Positions 39,235 through 53,100 of a stretch of 64,000 nucleotides of DNA are shown piece after piece. Origin of the DNA: Rotaria socialis (lineage: Eukaryota). Each line of letters starts with the position of its first letter. Position 1 is the stretch's first letter. Both the position numbers and the translations under genes were made by a program. The stretch spans positions 682,001-746,000 of the forward strand of contig CAJNYD010000012.1 in NCBI GenBank assembly GCA_905331295.1. Direction: 5' to 3'. The notes under the pieces are model-generated. The model was not told the DNA's origin. It searched no databases and saw only the letters and a program-made list of their open reading frames with translations.

Positions 39235-40667
39235 ATAATTCCTATTGTTTTAAAGAAAAATTTGGAGTTTTTATTATGTGAACGAATTCATTTCTACTTT
39301 GTAATTCCATAAGAAAAAGTTCATTGATCTTAGATCATTTCATGCAATTCATTTATATTTAAAAAATTCGTTCTTTTAGAGAAATATTCATGTGTAAAAT
39401 ATATGAAAGCTAGAAAAACAAAAAACTTCAAATTTTCTTCCACTGATCATTCAGTTGAATCTATGGAATTAACTTGAATGGCATCGCATATATCTTTCTA
39501 TCGAATTAAAAGATTTGCATTTTTTTCAGAAAAACATTTTATAAGTGCTTGAGTTCTACTTTAGAACTAGATGTGATCATTATTTTTCTAATATATATAT
39601 CATTGCCATATATGAAATCTATACGGCATTGGAAATAAATCTTTTGTTAACTGAACATGAAAAATTTCATTTTCGTATTCTGCTTGAAATGAAGTCTTTG
39701 TTGGTGCATCATTGAATAATTAAAAAAACACTGATGACATGCAATATATATAAACCGATAAAAGCTATAATTGGACTACCTTAGAAGGTAAAAATAAACA
39801 TGTTTCACCTAGTTTATGTAAAACTCATGTATACAAAATGTGCTACATTGCTGCTTTACATAAGTTTTTCTTAAAGGAAATTAGTCGAATTTGCATTGCA
39901 GTATTACAGAAGATAAATAAAATGATTCACTATAAAGTTAACCGTACGGAGGTGTGTTATCAATAATATAGCTGCCATTTTCTTTTGTATTTGATTTCTT
40001 CATTCTTAAATTACATAATAACTAGATAGCGTTTATTTATTCAAGACAACTATGTAGATAACGAAGAAGGTTATTCTACCTATTTCATAAAAACAAAAAT
40101 CCTAGCATTATTAGTTTGGTGCATATATTTGTTTGAACAGAGTCGAAGTTTGATTTTAGAGAAACATTTTAGAGATTTAAGTTCATTTAAATCAAAAATA
40201 TTATATTATCGATTGAAAAGATAAATTTCATTTGAATTTATATAACTTGAATATCATCAGTTGATGATACACTGCATTTATGGGTTATTAGAAATACTCT
40301 GAATATTGATAATTTATTTGAAAATAGTTGAGGTTAAAATTGTTCTAATTCAAAGTATAATACTTGGTTTTACCTCTCAATCATCAATCATGCCTGTTTT
40401 TCGCTATTTTATTATATTGTAAAGTTTCAAGTACAATATTCAACTGATAGATTTAGCTATGACAAAAAGAATGTATTCTTTTTTATTTTTCTATGGTGAC
40501 ATGTCTTCTATACTAGAAATAATTCACAGTATAAAAATACAAGAAGAGTTGAATAGTTACTTTTGTCACCATTAAGTGAAAAATTTTCTTTAGCTGTTAT
40601 AGATTAAAAGGATCTAAAACAACTGCTATAAATAAATGAAAGTTATTCTTTAGAATATTCATTTAGT

Positions 40668-41027
40668 TTAAACAGCAAGAAATTCAAATGTTGTACCATC
40701 AATTTCTTGAGAATCTATCATATGTGTTTGAGTAATTTGCAATGAACTAAGATATTTCTATGTTAGATTCAATTAAAAATTAAAATAATTAATTTAATTT
40801 CGATACTTTCCTTACTAATAGGAAAAATAAAATATATACCATATCTAATTGTTAGATAACACTGTAGATTTCTTGTTCAATGTCAAAACTTTTGTTTATC
40901 TTGATGAAGCCAAGCTTCTCTTAAATAAAATTTCTATCAAATAGCATATTATTTTTTGACGAAGCTCTATCAGAGATTTCCAAGATGGCGCAGAGATTTG
41001 CACTGTACGATAGATATTTCTGAGCCC
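40668..41027 (-). pseudogene. Decayed spliced coding fragment of unknown gene
   Basis: Acceptor at ~41028, coding-like reading (SFDIEQEIYSVI*QLDM|KYLSSLQITQTHMIDSQEIDGTTFEFLAV*) with internal TAA stops and a GT-AG intron at ~40759-40840. Confidence 0.3.
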
Positions 41028-41162
41028 TATACGTATATACGGCACGAGTCAATTTTATTGACTAAATATCTTTCATAGATAAATATAGAATAAATAAAAT
41101 AGGATAAAGCTGAATAAAAGCATAAAATAAAGTTTCTCTTAGGATTGTCAATATTCAAAACT

Positions 41163-44100
41163 TCAAATTTCCTCATCGTCTGCTGTCGCCAATGGAGCTT
41201 TGTTCGTCTCATTCATAGAATTCACCGGCATCCTTTCTTTTTCTTTTTCTTTTTCATTTTTAGATTTCTTCTGATTGTTGAGTCCAACAATTTTTCTAAA
41301 TGCTGACCACATAAAATCCATCATTTCATTTCGATATTTTTTTGCAATTAATTCTCGTTTAACACGTGCAAATGAGTCATTTAAACTAGAAACAGAAATA
41401 AAACCCTACCAGACGATAGTTTAATCATTGTAATATACATACATTGTTATGAAAATGCTGAGTAAAGCAATAAATACAAGAATAACGAATGATAAATAAA
41501 AAAATGCGCCTAGAAAAAATAAACTCAGATTTTCTTCTTCTATTATTATCATTAGTTAAGATATGAATTTACCATAGACTCGACTAACAGCAATCATGGC
41601 TGGTGCATTGATTTCACCCAACAACATTCGAAAGCAAGTTGTTAATGAATTAAATAAGTTTCTAAAACTACGAAGTGAACGACCAAATATTGCAAAACCC
41701 ATTTGTGCATATGCTAACATAAATATAAGAAAAACAAATCCAAAGGAAATTAAATCTTTTTGAGCATAAGAAAATGATTTTGATAACATTCCGACACGTC
41801 TATTAAATCGAAGTAATTTTAAAAACTTAAGCATTGTAAAAAATGTAATTAGTGCTACAATATATGAATAAACTTCATCGAAACTTCCAATTGCATTAAA
41901 ATTAACAAATTCACCTATTCAAACACAAAAACGAAAAAAAAGGAAAACTACTTAGATAGATTGTATTAGATTTTTTTAAATTTTATTTCACGTTACCCAT
42001 TTCAGTTTTTTTCAATGATCGAATTGCTAATCGTGTTAATGCTTTTTTTGTTCCATACATTATTATTATTATTATACTAAATATAGCTGTTAAAAATGAA
42101 GTCACATTCCAAAATTTTCTGAAATATCCTCTTTTATGTTTAATTATTAACGAAGTTTCATGCACAATAGAGTAGATGGTAAAAATAATAAAAAATAGCT
42201 CAAATATATATACAATTAAACCATAGCTACCAATATGATCATATAAACGAAATACTTTAATGCGATGATCTTGTATAACTGAGCCCATTGATGTCATTTC
42301 AAATGAAAGTGTTACAGCAACAAATAAATTAACATTTGCATTATAAAGTGAAAAATCAATAATAACTGCACGAGTCAATTGATCAAGCCAATTTTGTGAA
42401 TGAAGTTCATCAAGTACTGATAGAGCTTTTTCATATGTACGACCTAATGAAACAACATAGCCACCACCTTTATATGTTTTGTAAATTGCCGAAAGAGGAT
42501 CACTTTTTGTATAAATACTACTCTAAAAATAAAGAAAAAGTTATTTGTTGTTTTATTTTAACATAAAATTGGTATTATTGAACGTTTTCTATTGATTTCG
42601 ATAATGTTAAATATATAGTATATGCCAATTTTGAACTTTATTGAGATATCAACTGTTAATTTTCATGCTCATCTTCTGCTATTTTTTAAATACACTGATT
42701 TGTATTTTAGAAATGGTAATCGGCAAGATGCTCCTCAGACAGATACTCCCCGGATAGTTGCTTCCCGGATAGTTGCTCCACCGACACTTGCTCCTCAGCA
42801 ACATTGACTCCAGGAACGGTGATTTCACAACAGTATATGATTCATACAAAAATGTGGGTGTGGATGACTGAAGAGGATAACCATTTGTCGATACTTGCAC
42901 TGACACACTCACATCGATACACCCATACACTCGATTAAATAGATTTATATCTTAATCTCGTACTGATTAACATTTTTGTTAAATACAGTTAGGGAGCAAG
43001 TGCCCGGGGAGCATCTTGTCGGGGCTCTTTAAAAACATTTCTGTTGTCAAAGTAAGACTCTTTTCTCGTTCATGTGCATTTAAAAAAAAATCACTCAAAC
43101 TAACTTGATAACACCATGGTGTTTTACACCGCTTTTCTTGATTATTTGTTTCATTATTTAAGTTCGGTGTATTTTTATCCAAGACTGTTTCCCATCGTGA
43201 TGTATAATGTTTTGTATCATCATCAAACCAATTATAATCATTTCGACAATGCGATATTATATGTTTAAAACGACGATGAATTCGACAACTATTGTCTTTG
43301 ACACGCAATTGACGAATTCTAGGTGCACCAACACGCATCGATACACGAGTTGCAGTTGTCAATTTTTCTCTCCATGTTAAATTTTTATTATTATACCATG
43401 GTTGTGCATAAAGTCCTTTTAGTAAAATATTATTACAATAATCCCACCATGCATCGATTGAAGTGACATCATTAAAATTTTCCGTAATAAATAAATGTTT
43501 TGTATCACGATATAACCCATGCGAATTTGTATCTCGTGATTGATACGATAGAAATAATAAAACTACCGTAAAAAATACATAGATAATAATTTCACGTATG
43601 ATTTGTCCCATTTTTATTTCACGTAAACGTTGTTCTCTTGCACGTCCCATTTCCTTTGAATCAATCGGACGTAGATCAAATAAATGTACACGACGTTGAA
43701 TGGCAATTTCTAAATAAAAGAAACAAAAATAATGAAAGAAAAACAACTTTATCTTTCTTTTCATTGAAATAAAGATATTTTGAAAAATATACTTTTAAAA
43801 TTTTTCTCATTACAAATCTCATCATTATAATCAACATGAGTTAAATTATTATTTGCAAGTAATGCGCCAGTAAATGGATCATCAAAGTCTAATGTTTCAT
43901 CATTATATGGTCGGCGAATAAGACAACTTAGAATAGCCGTAATCAGAAATACTTTCAATGGATCAATGATTAGTATGGATTGACCGAATGAAAGCATCAT
44001 TGTAATTAACCATTCATTTGCGCGCTGTGCACCCCATTCCAATGAATAGAGAATAACAAAAAATGAAGATGTTAAAATACTTAATATCACCACTAGAAAC

Positions 44101-47100
44101 AGATAAATATTTCAAAAATAAAACGGCAACAAATTTGATTTGATTTTACTTACATATCCACGCAACATAAACAAGCCAATGTGGAAGTGTTCGTGTTTTG
44201 TCTTCGATTGATGGTATTGCATTGATGCGTTCAATTTCTTCTTGATCAAGTTTCGAATTATTACAACAAGATTTCGTTTTTGAAAAAAAACTAAAAGAAT
44301 TTTCTTTTTTAAATTTAATTAAAATCAAACAATAACAAACCTAATTGTCTTTTTATGTTGTTCATTGCTTTCATATGATTTATTTTGATATTTCGCTTTC
44401 TTCAATTGGTATGTTACTAATGTTTTTTGGCTATATTTTGCTTTACGAAATAATGTTATAATGATTATATTTATCGGTAAGACAACTAATGTACCAAAAA
44501 AACTAATTAAAACTTGTGTTAATGTAAACTCAAGAGGGCCAATTTTCAATAAAACACCAGATTTATTTGTCATTGTCTGTGTATCTTGTCGATAAAACAT
44601 TGCATTTGATATCATGGTGCAAAAAAGTAATGATATGCAACATGATATACGTTGAAGACGTGTAAAATTACTTCGTACTGGCCGTGAAAATACCGAAAAC
44701 CATAAATGCGCATCACTAAGTTTCTTTTTAACGGATTCCGTAAACAAATGTGAAAAGTTTTTTAATTCTTTTGAGGATGCAAGTGGTATAATACGATCAA
44801 CTAATCCATCACCTTTTTCTACTGCAAGCCAATCATTACAAATAAAATAACTCCTGAACGAAAAAAGAAACAAAACCACACCCTCAAGAAACTATTTATT
44901 TATTTATTTATTTAGAATGCATTACTTTTCGCCTGTTTGTAAATCCAGAACATTGATCATATTTAAAAACCAAGAAGCTCTTTCTTTTACACCAGAATTA
45001 TCATGCCAAACACGAAGATAGAGTAAAGGACCAAGTGGTGATTCAACACTCATGACATAATTTCGAATACTACCAGCGGAAAATTCCTTTATGAAAGAAA
45101 AGAATTTGAAAAATAATTCATTTTTTTAATCTTTTTCAAACATATTGATTCAATATTTTCTCGAGACTATCTTGCAAACTATCACTCGTTTTCTGCCTTC
45201 TATTGGTCATATAGATGCGATGTTAGTTGACTTTACTTTAGATGTCTTGTAGAATGAAACCAATGTGCTCTCACAAATATCTCAAGTTGAAGAAGTTCAA
45301 CTGAGAATTGACATTTCAAATCTTGAAAAATTCTCTTTACAATCTATTATCTCTATTATATTTCGTTGCTTTTCGATCACTAAATTTCACGAAGAAACAC
45401 CTGAACTATTAATTTTAAGTCAAATTTAGCAACAAAATTTCTGTTAGCCGATTTCAAGCGATCGCCTAAACCCATTATGCGAATGAATTCATAAAATTTT
45501 ATTTATATTCTATGATACAAACTAGCAATATATAGTCATAATCAGTTCCTGCTTTCAATCATGCTTTTACCATTATTTGTTTTTTGAAAAATAATTTATT
45601 TCTTAAACAACTATACTTCAACATACTTTGATTCATATTTATCTATGAATTACAATAAACATTCTATTGTTTTACGTATAGCATCAAAGTTAAACAGGAT
45701 TATAAAATATTTATCTGGATCTTATTCAGTAATTTGATGTAACAAATATTCATAGGGGAAGTGGTAAGAGATAAAAAAAAGCATATCTATTAATAGTTTA
45801 ATGTTATTTTCTAACTTATTATCTGTTATTACCTGAAAACTACTCGAGATGATACTATTTTCTTTTAAATTTAATTCTATTAATATGTAACTCAAAATAA
45901 AACTGATAGAATAATTTGATATGATCCCAATTTTAATTGTATTTTTATTCAACTACTTATAAATATAATGTTTTATAATAGTTGAGCAATGTGGACAAAA
46001 ACACGTGAGATGATATTCCGCAATTATTAGGCAATTAAATCAACAAATAATTAATACGAGAGAAATTGTTTCATATGAATGATGTTAATGAGCATACATG
46101 TTTATTTAACTAGCGACCTGTATTTTTTTTATACACGAACAAAATCTTAGTGTTCACTGATATTTTAGTTATGCCATTCTATGAAACAATGATTAATACA
46201 TAATAATATGAAACATTTTTTATGTAATAGTCTTGAACATATTAGATTGATTCAATGCATCAACCATGGAAAATAAGGCCTACAGAGACTTTTCATAGGC
46301 AAACTTATTAATAACATACAATAGTTTCGGTAATTCTCAATAGAAACTCAAATCTGTGTAGAGTTTTAACTAAGTATAACGCCGTCTCGTATGTATTAAC
46401 AAACAAAAAATACGCTGAAATCAGAATGAAGCATCCGAATGATTTTCTTATCAATCACTATCAATATTCATGGTTAGCCTTCATAGAGAATCAATATTAA
46501 ATCAAAACTTACTTTTATTTTTCCGTCAGTTAATTTTCGCATACCACTATCAGATGATTCACCTGATATAACAAAACTTATATTCGATGTTGTACCAGAT
46601 TCTTTACCAAAACCAGTATGAACTGTTAGTAAATAATGATAAGTATCGATTGGAAGATTATCAATCAACGGCGTTGCGGTCCACTAGATAAAACAAGAAG
46701 TCAAATATTACTGTTTTATACATGCATAAATACTGATCTCTTCGAGAGATATGACTACAAATATGTAGACAAGAAAATAAACATGAGATGCCTAGTTCGA
46801 ATTCGAATATAAATGGACATCCAACTGCATGGTATCAATTCAAAAATAAGTGATAGAAATAGATTTAGTTTAAGATGGAGTGGGTTTGGTTGAGGGGGCT
46901 AAAGGGTAACTGTAGGTGGGANGATACCTGGGGTACTTCAAATGTGAGTGTGGGTACTGGATACCATGGAGGAGTGCTCAAATGTGGGTGCGGGTGAAGG
47001 GTATGTATGTATGTATTCATATGTCGCATATATCGGAAAGTTAAACTAAAAGTAAATCTATTCCTAGATTTAGTTTTAGTTTAACTGTTTCTTTCTCCAT

Positions 47101-50100
47101 TTACATTCGAACTCGATTTAGACAGCTACTCTATTAGATAGATTCATATTCAGTAGCATTTATTTTAATAATTTACCTTAATTAAATCAAGCTTATCTTT
47201 TCTTCTTGCCCAAATAGCAGCAAGAATATATAAACTAAAAATACCAATAACGGTACTGAACACAGCAGCATTTTCATGTAAAGTTTTAAATTTTTTAAAA
47301 ACAGTTGTAAAATCAATTTTATTTGGCGGGATAAAAAAATCACTTCCAAATGTTGTTAAATGTGTACAAAGACATTCAGTTGATTTTAATGTTGTCAGTG
47401 ATCCAACCTATTTATATATACGTATTTAAAGTATAAATAATCTATATTAAATACAAAATAATTTACTTCACATCCATCTGAACTCCATATGAAACGTTTT
47501 TCATCCCAGTATTGACATTTTGATACATACATATTTATTGTGTAACCAGAATTATGTTCGGTTAAATTCTTGGTCATATTTGTATCTAAATTTTATTAGA
47601 TCATTACTCAATCATCTATCTTTTTTTTTAAATCTTACCAAGCAATTTAACACCAAATATATAAGTTCCATTTCCAAGATGAACACTTGGTGGCATAAAA
47701 ATAGTATGCCTTAATTCGTGTTCATCTTCTGAATAAATATCTATTGTTGATTCTAAAACAGTTTGATTTGGAATAATAAAAAGAAGATCAAATTTTGATT
47801 CAGTGGGCGGTTCTAATGCAGTTTCATTGACACCAAATGAAACAAAAACAGCATAAGTATCCATTGACGACGAATTAGGAGATAAATAAACTGATAATGT
47901 CATTTGTTTTTCAGGTAAATTAACTTTATGATATTGAAATGATTTGCCTTGTAAATCATATTGTTGATATTGTGGTTGTTTATCGATTGGTCGTGTTAAA
48001 CGAATAGAAATTGGTTTGGTTGTATTTTTTACAGACATTTCTGATCCATCTGGTCCTGATAAGATAATTGTAACAACACTACCTTGTACACTTGTATTTC
48101 CATGTGTACTTGCGAATGGATTATTTTTAGATTCAAGTATTTTTGTAAAAACTTCAGATGAATCTGAACCAAAATTTAAATCCGATAAATCAGGTAAACG
48201 AATATTTGTATCACCAACTGATAAACTTGATTTACCTTTTTTGATAAAAAAGAAAACAAGATTTACTTATGAACCATTGAAAATATTCTACTTATACCAT
48301 CTGGACTTGCTTTTGTAAATGTCATTGTCATTGTTTTACTTTCAATAGTTTTTGTTTCATTTATTGATGAACGATTTACTAAAGTATCGCCAACAGTAAA
48401 TAAACCGTCAGAACTTCGTTTAGCAATATTGGAAGCCTGAAACAAACAGAAATAAATATTTAATAAAACAAAAAATAAAAAAAAACAAACTCTTTCTCGT
48501 CCTTCAATAATTGTTTTCTTTTCTTCTGCTAATTTATGTCGAAATTCTTCCCATCGATCTTCAGGTAATGTCTCACATTCATCACATGCATCATAAAATT
48601 GTGTTGGAGCATAAAGAACTTTTGTGTCTGTTTCTTCATTTTCTGTTACTTTCATATCTGATTCAAGATTCTACATGTATACATTAATGAAATCAAATAT
48701 ATTATACAATATTTTTATTAACTTCAATGACAGCATCTGGATTATTTTCTTTATCTTTTGAAACAGTTCTTGATGCAGCTTGAAGAACATTACCCCCAAC
48801 ATTCAATAATGCTAGAAATACAAGAATGTTTTCAAATAAAAGACTGTCAAAAAAAAATATATATGATATAAACATGTAGCAAGATTAGTAACAGTTTCGT
48901 CATCGGTTGAATTCATATCTTTTACTTTGGTGCCAACTTTTTCAATAATATCAGCTCCTTTTTCCTATGCATATATATGTATATAGATTATATAAATAAA
49001 AATAATAAATAAATAAAGAATTAGTTCAAACTTGATTATTTAATGGCATTTGGTCACTATTAGCTGTTACTGTTGCACTAGCTTTTAGGGCTTTATCAAC
49101 AGTATTTGGATCATCTACAGAATTGAAAACTGTATTCATCGATGTTAACATTTTTGATCGCATCTAAATTAAATTTCTCATCATTATTGTACTTGATATA
49201 AATAAATAGATAATTAATTTATCAGGTATTCAGGAGAACATAGACTCGTACATATCTTAATGGTAGTTCGTTTTTAGAATATTCGATTGTTTTATTTTTC
49301 AAGCAATTCACCTTTCAATTCTTCTACAGGATAGTAATTATACCGATATTTTTTCATATGAGTAATATTCACTATTTTTTTAGATGCACTTCAAAAGAAC
49401 AGTTCAAGAAGACCCATGTTCTAATAGAATTGTATAACAATCTTTTTTGAATTGTATGTTTCCATACTTTCGTAGATACTTATTCTCATATTCTTTATCT
49501 AATCAAGATAATATACGAAGGGGTGTGAATGTTATTTAAATTTAAATAAACATATCAATATGTAGGCAATTAAAAGGTGAAATGATTGAATATTAAAAGA
49601 TAAATCATTAAGAAGCTACGAGACTAGGGTTTCCTAACAAGCAAAAAAATATAGAAAAAAAACATACTGAAGCCATTCGATCATTCATTGTTTTTGTTTC
49701 GGCTTCGTTTGTGTTTTCTGAAGTCTATTAGGAAAAAACATTTAAATCAAAATATACATACTATTACGTACATTATTATCACTCATTTGATTAAGTCTGT
49801 CAGCTACACCAGTGATTAATTCTACTGCTTGTTTTGGATTAGACGAAGCTAAATCTTCTAAATTATTCATAATATCTTCTAATGCGCTTAAATCCGTTGT
49901 ATCAAAAATAAAATTCAATTGTTTATCAACTTCTAAACTTGCGATCAATTGTCTACCATCATTTAAATGTCGAACAATAAGTAAAAAATGTAATATGCCA
50001 TTATCAAACATTAAATTTTTTTCATTAATAGTTAATGTTTTTCTATCAGAATTGAATTGTATTGATTTTCGATTTTTATCATTCTTCACATTTGATGAAA

Positions 50101-53100
50101 AACATTGATTTTCATAGAATTGTAAATTTAATTCAGATCGATGTAATATTAAGTTTAAGTGCGACCATTGTATAGACCATTCATTTATATTTTGTGCATT
50201 GGCTTCTGTTGGTCTTGATGAACCCAATTGAATTATGTTTGGTTGAAAAATTAATGATTGAAACTGTTCAGGATAACAAATAAGTGTAAAATTAAGTTTA
50301 CGTCTTTCTAATTCATTATCTGGATCCATTGTTCTTAAATAAAAATCCAAATGAATTTCCTCATTATTATTCTTAATTGTTTCATTTCCACCAAATTTTG
50401 TAATTAAGTCTGAACGTGTAATTTCAATGGGTTGAATATATTGTCGAAAATCAACCATACTTGAATCTCTACCAATGGTAAATACATATAGGTAATAACC
50501 GTGTGAAAGAGATTTTGGTTCAAGAGCTAATATTGATTTCGATCCAAATTCTGAACAATAATTATCGATAAATTTTTCTTCAAAAGGTTGATTTATATGA
50601 TATGAATACCGTTGAACACGTGAATGTTTCCATAGCGATGGATCAATAAAAAGAAGATAAAATGAATATATAAAATCATGATTAGAACAATTTGTTAATA
50701 TTGTTGGTTCAAGTTTATGTTGGAGACTATGTGGTAATAGGAGAACAGATGACGATGAATTAATTTGATTCAATGAATTTAATGATGAAAGATAAAATTT
50801 GTGTTCTTGAAAACATGTTTCTTCTTCTTGACTTCGAACATCAACTATTGTGACTGTAGAACATTTTAATCCGATTCGCATAAGTTCTAATGTTGGTTGA
50901 ATAAATGTTACATCGATTTTGTACGTACCGAATTTTGGATATCTTAAAGACAGGTCGATCTTAATTTCGTTTTTTTCTTTACGTCAAAAAGAGAAAATTA
51001 CTGAAACTCTGACAGAAAATATTCATAATTACAAGAAAAAATTTTCTCTCTATAAGAGCAAAGTGTTAGTCTTCTTTAGAACGAAATTTAAATTATCTTT
51101 TTTTTAACCAAAACTAATTCATTCTTTTTTATTATTCGACAATACTCTGTTTTGTTTTGAAGAATAGTCAATGTTTCTATCTACAAATAGATATGAATCT
51201 GTTTAGGTCTTCTTTTCATCTTCAACATGTGAACAATTTTTAGTCAGAATTTACTATATAGAAAGCAAATATTTATTAAATTCCTCGGAAATATATCAGT
51301 TTATATCAATAATTCATTAAATTTAGAATCAAATACAATCTAAACATCTTTAACGCAAATATAACGCAGAAGTTCGGTAAATAGTTTAATATTATACTCT
51401 GTTTTAATCAGCGTTGAAATTCATTTTTTATGTATTCACATAAAGTCTATGATTCAAAAATAGAATTGGAATAATGTTTTCACTGTTAGTATTATTTTTT
51501 GTTTTGATGGGATCCTAGTACAACTAGAAATCGAATTTGAAGTTTCATAGGTATAAAAAAAATGAAACGAAAACAATAGAGAAGAATTCAATAAATCTCA
51601 AATATCTTTTTTGTGTACTCAAAAAATGTGAGTACACTCTAGATTCGGTCAGTGTGTCCGTCCGGCCGTTAACACGATAACCTTTGACAGCCTCATCCAA
51701 TTGTCATGAAATTTTGTACACATNGTACAGGGATTTAAAAAAAAAAATCTTTTTTTCTTAGAATTATTCTCAACATATATAAATCGCCTCAGTTTTTGCA
51801 GTACACATAACAATCGGATGCGAATCCAATGTTTCCTCATTTTATATGATTAAGATCAGATCTAAAGATTGAACAGCGTGTGTTACAAAATATCATATAT
51901 TATCTTTTCCATTTGTATATCATTTGATATTACAATTGCAAAGATATTTCTCATTTATAGATCTAACTACGATGAAGACAAAGAAAACGTTATATCTCTT
52001 TTTTTTTCAAGTAAACTGCTCAAAATTCTTAGAGTAAATAATATGCTTTTATTATTTTTTTCTTGATGTAACTTTTCTCACCTATATCCAATTTGTAAAC
52101 GTTGTTTTGCAGTTATTTTCCATTGTAGATGATGTATTCCATCAATTTTTTTCATTATACGATTAACTGCATTAGATATAAATTGTCCATAATGAAGAAC
52201 CACTTTTTTCTCGTTTCCATAGTCGATTTCTATGTCAAAACCGACTCCGTTAATCCATTGTATATCAACCCAAATGAAATCTTTATTAGCCAAGCCTAGT
52301 TGATTTATTATATATACTTGTGGTTTCTTTGTAATTTTTGTTCCAACTGTAAATCTAGCTTGTGCTTCGCGTATAGTTGGAAAATCTTCTCCACGTACAT
52401 GTAATATTTGTTGTCCATATGTTGTTATATTGACATCTAATTGTTCTGTAAAATTATTTGATTCTAATAATTGCACAGGTCTTCTCATTGTTTGATTTCT
52501 TTCATTTATATTATTAATAATAGTTAGTGTAAACACTCCTTCATATGATGTTTTTTCTAATGCACGTATTGTAACTGTTAATTCGTTTATATCTAAAAGA
52601 TCTTCAATATCAACTTCAAATTGTGATAATGGTGGATCAACATTGATATGTACCGATTGGTTTACTGAATTTATATGATTCATTGCACTTATCAATGGAT
52701 AATATTGGCCAGGTGTTGAATAAGTACAATTACCAATTAGAATAGGTGCTAAATCAGTTGTCTGCTCGATATGTATGATTTCTAATGGTATTTTACTTGC
52801 ACCACAGTCAAGTATAGCTGTTAAATCTAATGTTGGTTGAAGTGTTATGGAAAACTCAACTGTTTGACCGCTTTTAATTGTTGATTTCGATGGTTCAACA
52901 TCTAATGAACGAATAGCTGGTTGTATATTAAGAGAATATGGTTGTAATGATGCTGAGCCACATGCAAGTTGATAAAGGTGTTTCCCAGCTGGTAAAGACT
53001 AAATAAAACAAAATTTTCGTTTATTAACAGTGCTTACATCTTTTGAGAGAGAGAGAGACAAAAAATTAAACATGTATGTGTAAGTACTATGACCATCAAA

